64,000 bases of DNA from NCBI GenBank assembly GCA_019058445.1, contig JAHPZA010000002.1, forward strand, positions 64,001 through 128,000, written 5' to 3'. Of this stretch, positions 1 through 10,292 are shown piece by piece. Under the pieces are notes generated by a model that was given only the letters and a program-made list of their open reading frames with translations, did no database searches and had not been told where the DNA came from. This DNA is from Promethearchaeota archaeon. GTDB taxonomy: Archaea; Asgardarchaeota; Lokiarchaeia; Sigyniarchaeales; SOKP01. The position numbers and the translations under genes are program-made. Within the stretch, counting starts at the first letter, position 1, and the number at the start of each line of letters is the position of its first letter.

Positions 1-120
1 TAAAGTAAAAGTTTTCCCTTAAACGAGATGGAACTCTTAAAAATTAAAATATTTATTAATGATTTAATTACTAATCTTAATTATTGTTTTGATGATTTAG
101 ATTTTAATAACTTTTATATA

Positions 121-561
121 ATGATTATAAGAGAATTTTCTGAGCATGATATTGATGAGATCACCTCTTTGATGAAAAAACTCTGTATAATGAAAGGCCA
201 GGAGTTTGATGAGGAGAGGTGGAGGATTAGCTTGGAAAATCGTATGCGAAAAGAAAATTCAGAAGTTATAGTTGCTTTTGATAAAGATACGAATCAAGTT
301 ATAGGGATGGCACAATGCTCCATTAGAAATTCCGATAATGGAGTTCGATTTGGGTATATTTCTAACTTGATTGTGAAAGAAGAAAAACGGAGAACTGGGA
401 TCGGAGAAAACTTAATGAGATATATTGTAGATTATTTCAAAAAAAACCATATCCAATCAATTAGATTGTCCCTAAAAACAAATTTAGATGAAGCAGCTGT
501 TACTTTATTTACGAAATTAGGATTTCAAGAAATTTTTCGTGTATTAGAATTAAATATATAA
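121..561 (+). CDS. GNAT family N-acetyltransferase
   Basis: Motif A-like ISNLIVKEEKRRTGIG and C-terminal LFTKLGF. ATG at 121 is a more likely start than 28, whose upstream part reads as AT-rich promoter DNA. Confidence 0.85.
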   Translation: MIIREFSEHDIDEITSLMKKLCIMKGQEFDEERWRISLENRMRKENSEVIVAFDKDTNQVIGMAQCSIRNSDNGVRFGYISNLIVKEEKRRTGIGENLMRYIVDYFKKNHIQSIRLSLKTNLDEAAVTLFTKLGFQEIFRVLELNI

Positions 562-600
562 TTTTAAATTGATTTTCACATAAAACAAATTGATAAAATT

Positions 601-1845
601 ATGATTAAGGAAATAAAAAAAGCAAATACGTTAATCGTAAGAGGTCCAACAAGAGTAACCTTATTAGAAGGGAAATTAGAAGTCCTTGGAAAAATGATAA
701 GTCCAGATGAGAAAACGGATTTATCAGATCTTGCCGAATTAGAGGGAGAAAATGTAATCATCATTCCAAGCGCAAATACGCTTCCCTTATTTGCATTAGA
801 AACATCTAAATTAGAAATTTATACGAATTCAGAAGAAAACTTAAAACTTATTACGGAAAATTCCATTCCAGAAAAATGGATCGAAATTAAGAATTCTTTA
901 ATAAAAACGATAAGAACTAATAAAGCAAAGGGAAAACCAGTAAGAATTATGGTATTAGGTATAAGTAGCGGCAAAACTACAATAATTAAGTACTTAGCAA
1001 ATAATTTTCTTAGAGAGGGTTTCAAAGGCGGATATTTAGACTCCGATCTCGGTCAACAGATTATGTATCTCCCTACGACAATTTCAATTGGAGAACTCGA
1101 GGATTCGGTAATAGCAAGCGAAGATATTGAACCTGAAGATACCGTATTTATAGGAGCTACTTTTCCAAAAGGAAATTATAAGTTTATTGTTTCTCAATCA
1201 TGTAGAGATTTAATTGATAAATACTTAACAAGACACAAGGATACCGATTTTGTGTTAATCGATACAGATGGTTGGATAAAAACTGAAGCCGGAATTATTT
1301 ACAAATCGTTTTTTATAGATACCGTAGATCCTGATGTGATTATTGTGTTTCATGATGAGACAGTGGAAGAATTGACAATTCTAGAAAAACAAGCAGTTAA
1401 AACTCGAAAAGACAGAAAGATCCATCTTGTTAAAGAAATGAACCAGTATTTTTATGATAAAACTAAAGATGAGCGAAGATTTTTGAGACAGAGTCAATTT
1501 GCAAAGGTTTTAGAAAGTTATAGAAAAATAACCATTTCATTATCCCAAAATGAGATTCAATTTGTAAAAACAGATTATGACCCAGATACGAAGCAATCAG
1601 TGGAAAAAACCATCGATGTTGAAGATTTAATTAACCTTCCCTATCATTATGTAATTATTTCTTTACTTGATGAAAACTCTAATATGATTAAACTAGGACT
1701 TCTATTTACAATAAATATTGAAAAAGATTACGTCTTAATTTTTTCAGATTTATCGTATAAAGAGCAAATAAGAATAAAGAAAATTCTCCTTGGGAGCTTG
1801 CGTCTTTCCACAAAAGGCAACCACCAAGGATATCTTTATTTGTAA
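601..1845 (+). CDS. Clp1/Grc3/Nol9-like polynucleotide 5'-hydroxyl kinase
   Basis: N-terminal TLIVRGP..V.LLEG.L.VLG domain, P-loop GISSGKTT, DSDLGQ and IDTDGW motifs, and R..LR lid. Confidence 0.8.
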   Translation: MIKEIKKANTLIVRGPTRVTLLEGKLEVLGKMISPDEKTDLSDLAELEGENVIIIPSANTLPLFALETSKLEIYTNSEENLKLITENSIPEKWIEIKNSLIKTIRTNKAKGKPVRIMVLGISSGKTTIIKYLANNFLREGFKGGYLDSDLGQQIMYLPTTISIGELEDSVIASEDIEPEDTVFIGATFPKGNYKFIVSQSCRDLIDKYLTRHKDTDFVLIDTDGWIKTEAGIIYKSFFIDTVDPDVIIVFHDETVEELTILEKQAVKTRKDRKIHLVKEMNQYFYDKTKDERRFLRQSQFAKVLESYRKITISLSQNEIQFVKTDYDPDTKQSVEKTIDVEDLINLPYHYVIISLLDENSNMIKLGLLFTINIEKDYVLIFSDLSYKEQIRIKKILLGSLRLSTKGNHQGYLYL

Positions 1846-1956
1846 TTAATATACTCATCCTTCCATATTTTTTAAGGAAAAAGCAAACCAAAGAATAGCA
1901 TAGTATTCTTTCTGAAATAAAGAAAGTTTAAATAAGTTAAGCTTTTCTAAGTTTAT

Positions 1957-2715
1957 ATGGTAAATCTAATGTTTATAGGAATGGTATATGAACTTATTAT
2001 CATTATTATTGCCTCAATTTTTTTGTTCCTTGTTTTTAGAAAATATTCAGAAAGGCGTCATAGACTAACCCTGTACTTATTTATCATTTTCTTGAATTTT
2101 GTAATCGCTCTCATTTTTTCATGGCTTTCAAAAGTGTTACGCTTGTATTCTGGTCTCGAATATTTAATAGATCCTTCAGTTCCAGATCCTATGACTATTG
2201 AATCTTGGTTTTTACTTAGAATTGTAAGCTTTCGAATTACCATGATTTTTACCATCATTGCACTCTTATATAATTACATTCTAAAAATAAACCTTTTTGA
2301 GGCAGACGGTACTACTTCCAATAAAATTTACAATTACATTATCTATAGCTACGCGGGAGGTTCTATTGGTTATATGATAATTGTATATATAAAAGGAAAC
2401 TTTATCTTAGATCTTCTAACATTTGTACTGATTCTGATATATATATGCTTAGTTATGATCCCCCTTATGAAGAGTTGTCTTCAGGCATACAAGGCGGTGG
2501 ATGATCAATCCTTTAAAAGGGGTTTCTTATCTTTATTCCTTATGGCGCTCTCTATAATTCTCATCTTTGTTTGTCAGGTTATCGATCGAATCCTAATGAT
2601 CACGCTGAATATTATCGGGTATACTTTATTTTATTTCTTAGGGTGGAGTTTTGCAATAGTAGCAATCTTTTTCGCTTATTTCGGCTATATAAATCCCAAG
2701 AGCAAAAAGGAATAA
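1957..2715 (+). CDS. Multi-pass (about 7 TM) membrane protein of unknown function
   Basis: About seven hydrophobic segments; no catalytic motif recognised. Confidence 0.7.
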   Translation: MVNLMFIGMVYELIIIIIASIFLFLVFRKYSERRHRLTLYLFIIFLNFVIALIFSWLSKVLRLYSGLEYLIDPSVPDPMTIESWFLLRIVSFRITMIFTIIALLYNYILKINLFEADGTTSNKIYNYIIYSYAGGSIGYMIIVYIKGNFILDLLTFVLILIYICLVMIPLMKSCLQAYKAVDDQSFKRGFLSLFLMALSIILIFVCQVIDRILMITLNIIGYTLFYFLGWSFAIVAIFFAYFGYINPKSKKE

Positions 2716-3046
2716 TCTTATATTTTTAATTTTCCTTTTTTTTAGCAATTTCCCTTAAATTTCTTGTTTTTCTGTAAATTTTCAATTGATATAAGCAAAA
2801 AATTATTAATATACCAATTCGGGAAATATTATGCGGAGTAAAGCAGAATAGTAAAACTGATTATTTTTATAAACACATCTTAGTTATTAGGAAATATACT
2901 AGCTAAAGGGGTTAAAGTTCCCTTTTTATAAAACCTGATTTTACTAGGTTTAAATATTATATTGACATAAGTGTAATTAATTTACATCTGTGTAAAAATC
3001 ATGTTAGAAATTAAAATTTAAATTAATTAAATAGAGGTGTGATATA

Positions 3047-4075
3047 ATGAAAGAAAGAAATTTAATGGTATTAGCTCTCTTAGGAGTCATAATTGGGGCA
3101 AGTGGTCTTGGATTTGGAACTTATTCTATCATGCAAATACAGACAGGAGCATTGGACGGAGATGATGGAGATGATGGAGATGATGGGGTTGACTGGCAAG
3201 CCCTATCAGAAGTTCATTACTGTTCTTCTCAATCTGAGATTGTTAACGCAATAAATAAAATCGGTACAGGTCATGGAACAATTATTATAACTAAAAACAT
3301 TACTCTTAGCTCTACAATAAGTATTGACGACGGAGGCCATTATATTATCCGAAGTGAAGGTCCTGTTACACTTAATCGCAATGCAAATGCCGAAACATTC
3401 TTAGTTACGAATGTACAATCTTTGACTATAAAAGATTTAATTATTGACGCAAGTGATATCACATCAACAACAATATCTGGAATAGAAATAAATGAAGCTA
3501 ACAATAATCCAGTGTATCTTCAAAACATCAAAATCTGTGGTGATAGTGAGGGTCGAGGAATTTATGTTAATTCTGAAAATGTCTGGATACAAAATTGCAT
3601 CATTAAAAGCTTTCGCTTTGGGATTTATATAGACGATTATAGTGCATACTGCCATATCTTTGATAATTCAATTCTCGAAATGAATCCTAGCAGTGGTTCT
3701 GCATATGGTATTTATTCAACTGAGTCCGAATACAATATGATTAGTGGTAATTTGATTCATGATATTGATGTTACAGGCACTTATTCTGTATGTGGCATTT
3801 TGTTAAGTAAATCTTATTATAGTAATACAGTTACAGGCAATATAATTAAGTCAATTAGTTCTGCTGGTGGTATTGTATATGGCATTTCTTTAGCATCTAG
3901 CAGACATATTGCGGCTACGGGTAATACATTATATGACTTAAATGGAGCCACTGAATATGGTATTTATGTAGATGGCCGTTATAATGCAGTTGTAGGAAAT
4001 GTACTTTATTCAGCAGGGATTATTGTTGTGAGCATTCCGACTGAAAATGAGGTATACCATAATTATGTTAATTAA
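3047..4075 (+). CDS. Membrane-anchored/secreted right-handed parallel beta-helix protein (NosD/pectin-lyase-like)
   Basis: N-terminal hydrophobic helix, GDD repeats, repeated GI.L....N.I.GN.I units; GAGGTG SD-like motif upstream. Confidence 0.8.
   Translation: MKERNLMVLALLGVIIGASGLGFGTYSIMQIQTGALDGDDGDDGDDGVDWQALSEVHYCSSQSEIVNAINKIGTGHGTIIITKNITLSSTISIDDGGHYIIRSEGPVTLNRNANAETFLVTNVQSLTIKDLIIDASDITSTTISGIEINEANNNPVYLQNIKICGDSEGRGIYVNSENVWIQNCIIKSFRFGIYIDDYSAYCHIFDNSILEMNPSSGSAYGIYSTESEYNMISGNLIHDIDVTGTYSVCGILLSKSYYSNTVTGNIIKSISSAGGIVYGISLASSRHIAATGNTLYDLNGATEYGIYVDGRYNAVVGNVLYSAGIIVVSIPTENEVYHNYVN
3158..3184 (+). repeat. In-frame 9-bp tandem repeat (GGAGATGAT)x3 encoding GDD x3
   Basis: Read directly from the sequence. 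Confidence 0.9.
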
Positions 4076-4331
4076 CATCTCTAAAATTCCTTTTTTTTTC
4101 TTTTCAATATTCATAAATAGGATTAGATGTGCTTCAGTATTTTAAATTTTGAGACATAAAAGGTAGTTACATGTCTCGGTAGCATGAAATAAATAGTAGA
4201 TCCACCGAAGACATAATAGTTTATGATTGGAATAAATTTTAGGATTTTATAGTAAATTCCAAATTTTTATAAATAATTAGAAAGTTAATATGCTTAAATT
4301 AGTTTTAATTTAACGCTTAAATAAATATTTA

Positions 4332-5789
4332 GTGTTTTCTATGGATGAGGATGGACTTTCTAAATTTATAGATTTGATGTCAAAAGATTTATCATATTCA
4401 GAAGCGGAATTAATCAATTTAGGAGAATCTTTTGGGATGGACTTATTTTCCACGGCCCCAATTAAGGATTCCACGGATGATGAGTATGTGGATAAAATAA
4501 GACAAAAATCTTTAGAAATATTGGAAAAATACAAAGATAATTATTTACCTCAATCTGACTTATTTTATGCTGGAAGTATCGATTTTATGGTCTGCGATGA
4601 GTCTGAAGGAAAGAAATTCTTCCTTTTAGAGACTAATGGAGGATCAAATAGGGGACTTTCATCCATAACCGAAAAACAACAGGAGATCATTTATGATGGA
4701 TATTTTGAGGCAATTGATCAAGCCGTTAAAAACAACAAACGGGGAGATAATAAAGTATTAGTTCTGGTGGGAGTTCCCGTCAATGACGGCTTAATTCATG
4801 AAAAAGTAATAATGGTCGATTATTTTCGAAATAAATTGCAAAAAAGAAATCTAATAGTGGAAATACTTGATATAAAGACCTTCAATCAAGCGTTTAAGGG
4901 GGATGTAACCTTTCTTATCGCCGATTATAAGCAATTATCTACAACACTTTCCTTTTCAGAAAATTGGGTAAAAATTAATGGGCAAAAGATAAGTGTATTG
5001 ATAGGTGATGGTATTGCAAGACGGTTGCATAATGAAGAATTTGTAAGGTTAATAAGGGAAGATTTTCGCAAAATTCACACTATCATTGTGAATCCAGTAT
5101 TTAGAATCACGGATGATAAATCGTTAACCTATTTGGCTAGTTATTTTGCGAAAGATATACTGGAAAAATATAATCTAAAATATCTTCTTTTTACTAAAGC
5201 TTATGATGAAAAAGAATTGATTGATAAAATCCACTATGTCATCACTAAATTTAAAAGACCATTCATAATTAAACCTGACGGAGGATCGGGGGGAGCTGGG
5301 GTTATTCCTATATCTCCAGAAGAAGATCTTTCTAATATCAAAAATCTCATTGAAGAAAGTAAAAAGGAATTCTTTGCGAAATTTATGAAAAACAGAAACC
5401 CCTTCCCTTATACCATCCAGGAAATGGCGGATTTTTCACTCATAACACCACCTTGGGATAAGAAAGGCAAACATACTTTCGATCTTAGAATTTATATGGC
5501 TCAAAAAGAAGGAATAATTATACCAATTGGAGGGTTGGCAAGGATCGCTAGGGAGAGTTATTCGGGGAGTTTGGATAAGCAAGAATTTGTAGTTAATTTG
5601 TCGGGCTATGATGGATTCATCGATATAAAACGCGGACGGGGTATTTCAGAAGAAATCAGCAAACTTCTAAATTTAAATTTTGATGATTATGTCAATATGT
5701 TTTGCATTGGATGTGTAATGTTTGTTAGCATGGCTAAAAATTATCAAAAAATAATGAATTTCTCAAGCTGGGACAAAACTATTGGATAG
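4332..5789 (+). CDS. Circularly permuted ATP-grasp ligase
   Basis: The metal-binding IDF...LLETN motif is N-terminal, ahead of IIKPDGGSGGAGV, TIQE, FDLRIY, GGLARIA and VVNLSG. Confidence 0.75.
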   Translation: MFSMDEDGLSKFIDLMSKDLSYSEAELINLGESFGMDLFSTAPIKDSTDDEYVDKIRQKSLEILEKYKDNYLPQSDLFYAGSIDFMVCDESEGKKFFLLETNGGSNRGLSSITEKQQEIIYDGYFEAIDQAVKNNKRGDNKVLVLVGVPVNDGLIHEKVIMVDYFRNKLQKRNLIVEILDIKTFNQAFKGDVTFLIADYKQLSTTLSFSENWVKINGQKISVLIGDGIARRLHNEEFVRLIREDFRKIHTIIVNPVFRITDDKSLTYLASYFAKDILEKYNLKYLLFTKAYDEKELIDKIHYVITKFKRPFIIKPDGGSGGAGVIPISPEEDLSNIKNLIEESKKEFFAKFMKNRNPFPYTIQEMADFSLITPPWDKKGKHTFDLRIYMAQKEGIIIPIGGLARIARESYSGSLDKQEFVVNLSGYDGFIDIKRGRGISEEISKLLNLNFDDYVNMFCIGCVMFVSMAKNYQKIMNFSSWDKTIG

Positions 5790-5795
5790 TGTTGG

Positions 5796-6971
5796 ATGGT
5801 AATGGATATTGAAATTTTAAAGCATTTGTTGAACGTAAAAAAGCGAGAAGTGTTATTTGATAAAATTTTTGATGAATTAAAGGAATTTAGTAATAGTAAT
5901 TATGTAAAATTTGATACCTTCGAAACTTCTGAGGGAACGATCCCAGTCGTTTCGATTACAAAGAACTTGGATCCAAAAGAAGTTAAATTTGTGAAAGTGT
6001 TTGTTGGTGCTCAACATAACGAATATAACGGACTTTTTGGAATATTAAATTTTCTAAAACTAATTCAAAATCAAAAAATTAATGTGGATGAGATCTTAGA
6101 TAACCGTCAGATGCTGATCTTTCTTCCATTAATGAATCCCTATGGCTTTCTTAATCCCAGAAAAGATAATAAATCAGGATACTATCTGAAGAATGGAACA
6201 AACCTTAATCGATACTGGCGTCGTACATTTGCTCCCGAATTCCAAAATCTTAATGATGATCACAATGAGCATCCCATACCAGAACATACTAAGATAGTAA
6301 AGAAAATCCTAGAACCATATTGGGACCATGAAGATACTGCAATTTATATTTTAGATTTCCATGAAACCTCTTTGCTCCGAAGAGATCTAAACGATTTAGT
6401 TCAAAATTTACCCAAAGAATCAATAACGTATAAATTCGATCATGTTTATAAAGATATGATTATTCTAAACATCTTAAAAATGTATAATATCCCTTATTAT
6501 CGTGAACCTTTATTTAAGACCTGCGGACGCAATGCGAATCATAGGCACATACAACTATCAATGAAACAAATAGATATTGTGTGTGAAAAGCTCTTTGATT
6601 ATGTCTCCAATAATCATAACAAACTTCCGTTCTACTTCTGCTACAGCGAAAGGAGTAAAAAATATTGTCAAAAATTAGCAAACAGAGTGTATAATAAATT
6701 AAAAGCGAAAAAGACCTTGTGGGAAACTTGTTATCCTTCTATTAGCCACCAACATGTATATCATGGATGCATTGTGTTAATGAACGATGCAACACCACGA
6801 CCAAACGTCTATGCACTGGAAATTGAAGGTCATAAACAATTCTTCAATATATTCGAGGAGTTAGAAAAGTCAAAGACTGATCCTCAGTATTTTGATGAAA
6901 AGCTAAGAAGTATTAACATCAGTCTCGAGTTAATTGTTGAAAGCATAAGAGAAATGATTAAATTGTTTTAA
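5796..6971 (+). CDS. M14-like zinc carboxypeptidase/deacylase fold protein
   Basis: GAQHNE, NPYG, NLNR, LDFHE and ALEIE motifs in M14 order; 6 nt downstream of the ATP-grasp gene. Confidence 0.7.
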   Translation: MVMDIEILKHLLNVKKREVLFDKIFDELKEFSNSNYVKFDTFETSEGTIPVVSITKNLDPKEVKFVKVFVGAQHNEYNGLFGILNFLKLIQNQKINVDEILDNRQMLIFLPLMNPYGFLNPRKDNKSGYYLKNGTNLNRYWRRTFAPEFQNLNDDHNEHPIPEHTKIVKKILEPYWDHEDTAIYILDFHETSLLRRDLNDLVQNLPKESITYKFDHVYKDMIILNILKMYNIPYYREPLFKTCGRNANHRHIQLSMKQIDIVCEKLFDYVSNNHNKLPFYFCYSERSKKYCQKLANRVYNKLKAKKTLWETCYPSISHQHVYHGCIVLMNDATPRPNVYALEIEGHKQFFNIFEELEKSKTDPQYFDEKLRSINISLELIVESIREMIKLF

Positions 6972-6972
6972 T

Positions 6973-7956
6973 CTATGAATTAAAAAATCCAAGAGTCGCA
7001 CCAACTAATGCTAACTCATTTTTCTTCTGCATGTGCCCCCCTTTTCTTAATACTAACTGTCTTTCATCGGGAAGATTTAAAATCGATGTGTTTTCCTCAA
7101 AATTTATGAAGGGAATGATTTTATCGTTTTTAGCATGGACTAATAAGACTTTTTTTGAAAATTTCCTCCATTCAGAAGGGGACATCGTATCCTTTAGTCT
7201 TTCAATAACGATATAAGGCGAGAATTTTTGGTTTAATTCCTCATCTGGAAATAAATCAACTCCTTTCAAATGATAACTAAATCTTACAATAGGATTGGCG
7301 GTGGATATGCTTTGTTTATAATGAGACATTGACGAGACGGCGACGATTTTTTCTATGTTCTTGTTTGGAAATCCGGCACAAAGCACGGTTATAGCACCTA
7401 TACTAATCCCAAGGGCATAGAGCTTGACATGTTTAAGATCTTCATTACTTCTTATCCATTCAATGATGGAATTAAAATCGTCTATTCTTTTCAGAAAATC
7501 GGACCTTTGACCTGCTTTTTTAGATTCTCCAATTCCTCTTGCATCATAGGCTAAAATTATATATCCCTGAATAGCTAATGGATAATAATAATATTGAAGC
7601 GTTTCTTTTTTGTCTGAAAACCCACCACTTACTACAATTAACGCGTTTTTCGATTTAACAAGCTCTTTGTTTTTTGATTCTACTAAATCAGCATGAATAT
7701 TTTCCCCATCTACTTTGATTTTCAGCTTTTTAACTTCGAGAATTTTGAGACGTAGTGTCTCCCATCTGTCAAACCAAATATCTCTAAAGGTGAAATATAT
7801 TTCAAAAGGGGCATAAACCGTTAAAAAGGTGAGAACAGAGGCGATGAGTAATACCCGTAAAGTATTACTCCAAGAGGCATTGACATACCAGATGAATGCG
7901 CTCACCAAGAACGCAACAATAAAGACAATGATACGCTTATGGGTTTTAGTGAGCAA
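6973..7956 (-). CDS. Alpha/beta hydrolase with two N-terminal TM helices
   Basis: YDARGIGES, nucleophile elbow GISIG, catalytic D (NDKII) and H (GGH). Confidence 0.85.
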   Translation of the reverse strand: MLTKTHKRIIVFIVAFLVSAFIWYVNASWSNTLRVLLIASVLTFLTVYAPFEIYFTFRDIWFDRWETLRLKILEVKKLKIKVDGENIHADLVESKNKELVKSKNALIVVSGGFSDKKETLQYYYYPLAIQGYIILAYDARGIGESKKAGQRSDFLKRIDDFNSIIEWIRSNEDLKHVKLYALGISIGAITVLCAGFPNKNIEKIVAVSSMSHYKQSISTANPIVRFSYHLKGVDLFPDEELNQKFSPYIVIERLKDTMSPSEWRKFSKKVLLVHAKNDKIIPFINFEENTSILNLPDERQLVLRKGGHMQKKNELALVGATLGFFNS

Positions 7957-8096
7957 GTCTTATCATCACGAATTTAAAGTATATTAACAGCAATGAATAA
8001 TTTTCTAATCAAAAAAATAAAATTTTAAAAGGAATTAAAGTCTTTAGAAAAAATTAAATTATATCCTTTTATCAAATTCAACCTGGATAGCTTTCG

Positions 8097-9626
8097 ATGA
8101 AATGGAAGAAAATTTTACTAATCGTAGCAAATTATAAAACAACGGGTTATGATTTCTATGATTCCGCTTTTCCGCCGTTGGCGTTGGAATATATAGCTGC
8201 CTACGTGGAAGATATATTGGATGTAAGCATCTTAGACACAAAAGCAGCAAATTTAAGTTTAACACAAACCAGAGACAAAATTGCAGAATTTAATCCTGAT
8301 TTAGTAGGATTAAGCGTCCCGGTCACGAGCGCAATTGATACTGTGCTTAGCTATGCAAAGATAGCTAAACAACATGGATGTACCACCGTAATCGGGGGAT
8401 GGCACCCTACACTCGCAGTTGAGCAGACCTTATCATCTCCGTGGATTGATATTTTAGTAAGAGGGGAGGGAGAATTCACGTTCAGGGAGCTCATAGAGAG
8501 AGGAACCCCGGAAAATATAAAGGGTTTATCGTATAAAAATAACGGGAAAATAATCCATAACCCAGATAGACCTTTTCTTAGAGATTTAAATGAATTAATG
8601 TTTCCTTCTAGGCATTTGGTAAAAAAATATGAGTACAAGATATTTAATATGAACTGTGATGTGATAGAGACATCTCGGGGTTGTCCGCAAGGGTGCCGAT
8701 TCTGCAGCACGCATGTCGTCTATAAGCGCAGGTGGAGGGCTCGTTCGGTGGAAAACGTAGTTAAAGAACTGGAAAATATTTCGCAAAATAAAAATATCAC
8801 AGATGTGTTTTTTGTTGATGATAATATTCTCGTGGATATGAAACGGGTTGGCAAGCTATGCATAGAGATTATCCGGAGGAAAAGAGAGGGTAAAATTAAT
8901 AAAAAATTGAAATTTTTTTTCCAGGGCAGATTAGATTCAATGGCTCGATATCCAAAAATAACCAAACTGATGGGCATTGCAGGCTTTTGGCTTGTCTTAG
9001 TAGGAGTAGAAGCCACGGATGATGAAACCTTAAAGATTATTGATAAGGGATGTAAATTAGAAAATATTAAAAAAGGCATAGAAGTACTGCATGACAGCGG
9101 TATCTTAGTTATGGGAAACGTAATTATAGGGGCAAACCTTGAAGATAGGATAGAGGATGTCTTTATTACCATAAAAAGAACCAGAGAGTTAGGTTTAGAT
9201 TTACCCAGTTTTACTCTCCTAACTCCATTCCCCTCTACCGATTTTTATAAGGAAATAAAAGAAAAAAACCTCTTATTGACGGAAGATTATTCTAGCTACA
9301 ATTGGCTAAATCCAGTAATAAAAACCCCAAATCTTAGTCCTGAGGCTCTTAAACACTTATTATTCTTAGCCTTTTTTTATATTAATTATTACGGAGGAGG
9401 CTGGGTACATAAATTAAGTTTGTTTTATAGGAGTACCAAATATAGAGGGTGGAATTTCACTTTTCACCCGATTAGATTTTATCGAACGTTATTGTCTTAT
9501 ATCAAATGGCGACGCATCGTTCATTATAATTTACAGGATTTAGATAAAAAAATTCATCAAATTAAATTTGGAACACTTAAAGAAATGGAAGAATTAAGGC
9601 ATGCCATCGCACAAGAAATTGAATAA
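8097..9626 (+). CDS. B12-binding domain radical SAM protein
   Basis: PPLAL and GGWHPT cobalamin-binding domain, GEGE, TSRGCPQGCRFC, FVDDN. Confidence 0.9.
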   Translation: MKWKKILLIVANYKTTGYDFYDSAFPPLALEYIAAYVEDILDVSILDTKAANLSLTQTRDKIAEFNPDLVGLSVPVTSAIDTVLSYAKIAKQHGCTTVIGGWHPTLAVEQTLSSPWIDILVRGEGEFTFRELIERGTPENIKGLSYKNNGKIIHNPDRPFLRDLNELMFPSRHLVKKYEYKIFNMNCDVIETSRGCPQGCRFCSTHVVYKRRWRARSVENVVKELENISQNKNITDVFFVDDNILVDMKRVGKLCIEIIRRKREGKINKKLKFFFQGRLDSMARYPKITKLMGIAGFWLVLVGVEATDDETLKIIDKGCKLENIKKGIEVLHDSGILVMGNVIIGANLEDRIEDVFITIKRTRELGLDLPSFTLLTPFPSTDFYKEIKEKNLLLTEDYSSYNWLNPVIKTPNLSPEALKHLLFLAFFYINYYGGGWVHKLSLFYRSTKYRGWNFTFHPIRFYRTLLSYIKWRRIVHYNLQDLDKKIHQIKFGTLKEMEELRHAIAQEIE

Positions 9627-9689
9627 AAAAATAGAGAATGTTTAAAAATAATGAAAAAAGGAATTAAAATCTCAGAAATGCTGTAATTA

Positions 9690-10088
9690 TTATTTTTTTT
9701 TCTTTGGTTTTCCAGCTGCTCTTCTTTCTGCTTCGGTCCATGGCTTCTTCTTCGATTCTTTTCCAGGAGGACACCCAAAATCATCTCTTACTTTACATTC
9801 AGGTTTACTGTCTGATCCAGGACAAGGTTCACATTTCATCTTTCTTAACATCGCTTCAACTTCGTTTACTTCATATCCAAATTCCTCGTCTTCTGTCTCA
9901 TCTGTGAGCATATCATCTTCGATTTTACTGAGGTCAAAATCAACATCCTCTTCTAAATTATCTTTTTCATCATATAAATCGATAACCTCATCTCCATCTT
10001 CATCCGCTTTGCCTTCGGGAATTTCATCCTCTTCAGGTTCAACCGTTACTTTTTTCTTTTTAGCCACTACTATTTTCACTAACTCCAT
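9690..10088 (-). CDS. Acidic low-complexity protein with 4-Cys motif and basic termini
   Basis: D/E-rich core, CEPC-x7-C-x7-C, KKKK at both ends; the start may be a downstream GTG. Confidence 0.7.
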   Translation of the reverse strand: MELVKIVVAKKKKVTVEPEEDEIPEGKADEDGDEVIDLYDEKDNLEEDVDFDLSKIEDDMLTDETEDEEFGYEVNEVEAMLRKMKCEPCPGSDSKPECKVRDDFGCPPGKESKKKPWTEAERRAAGKPKKKK

Positions 10089-10292
10089 TAATTGGATATA
10101 GAATTTAAAATTAGTTGGTACATTAAAATGTAACTTAAAATTTAGACTTTTTGTTTTTTTAGCAAATTATACATATATAATATGAGGAGTAAATTCTTAA
10201 AAAAGAGGGATAGTTAAACCATTTTTGTGCAGATTTGAGAAAAAAAGATAAAGAAAATACAAGTCGCTTCGCATATTTGTGTTTTTTCTTGC

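Noticed and set aside
4151-4177. GAGACAT-N13-ATGTCTC inverted repeat as a mobile-element end
   Set aside because: Only 7 bp, with no partner end or transposase.
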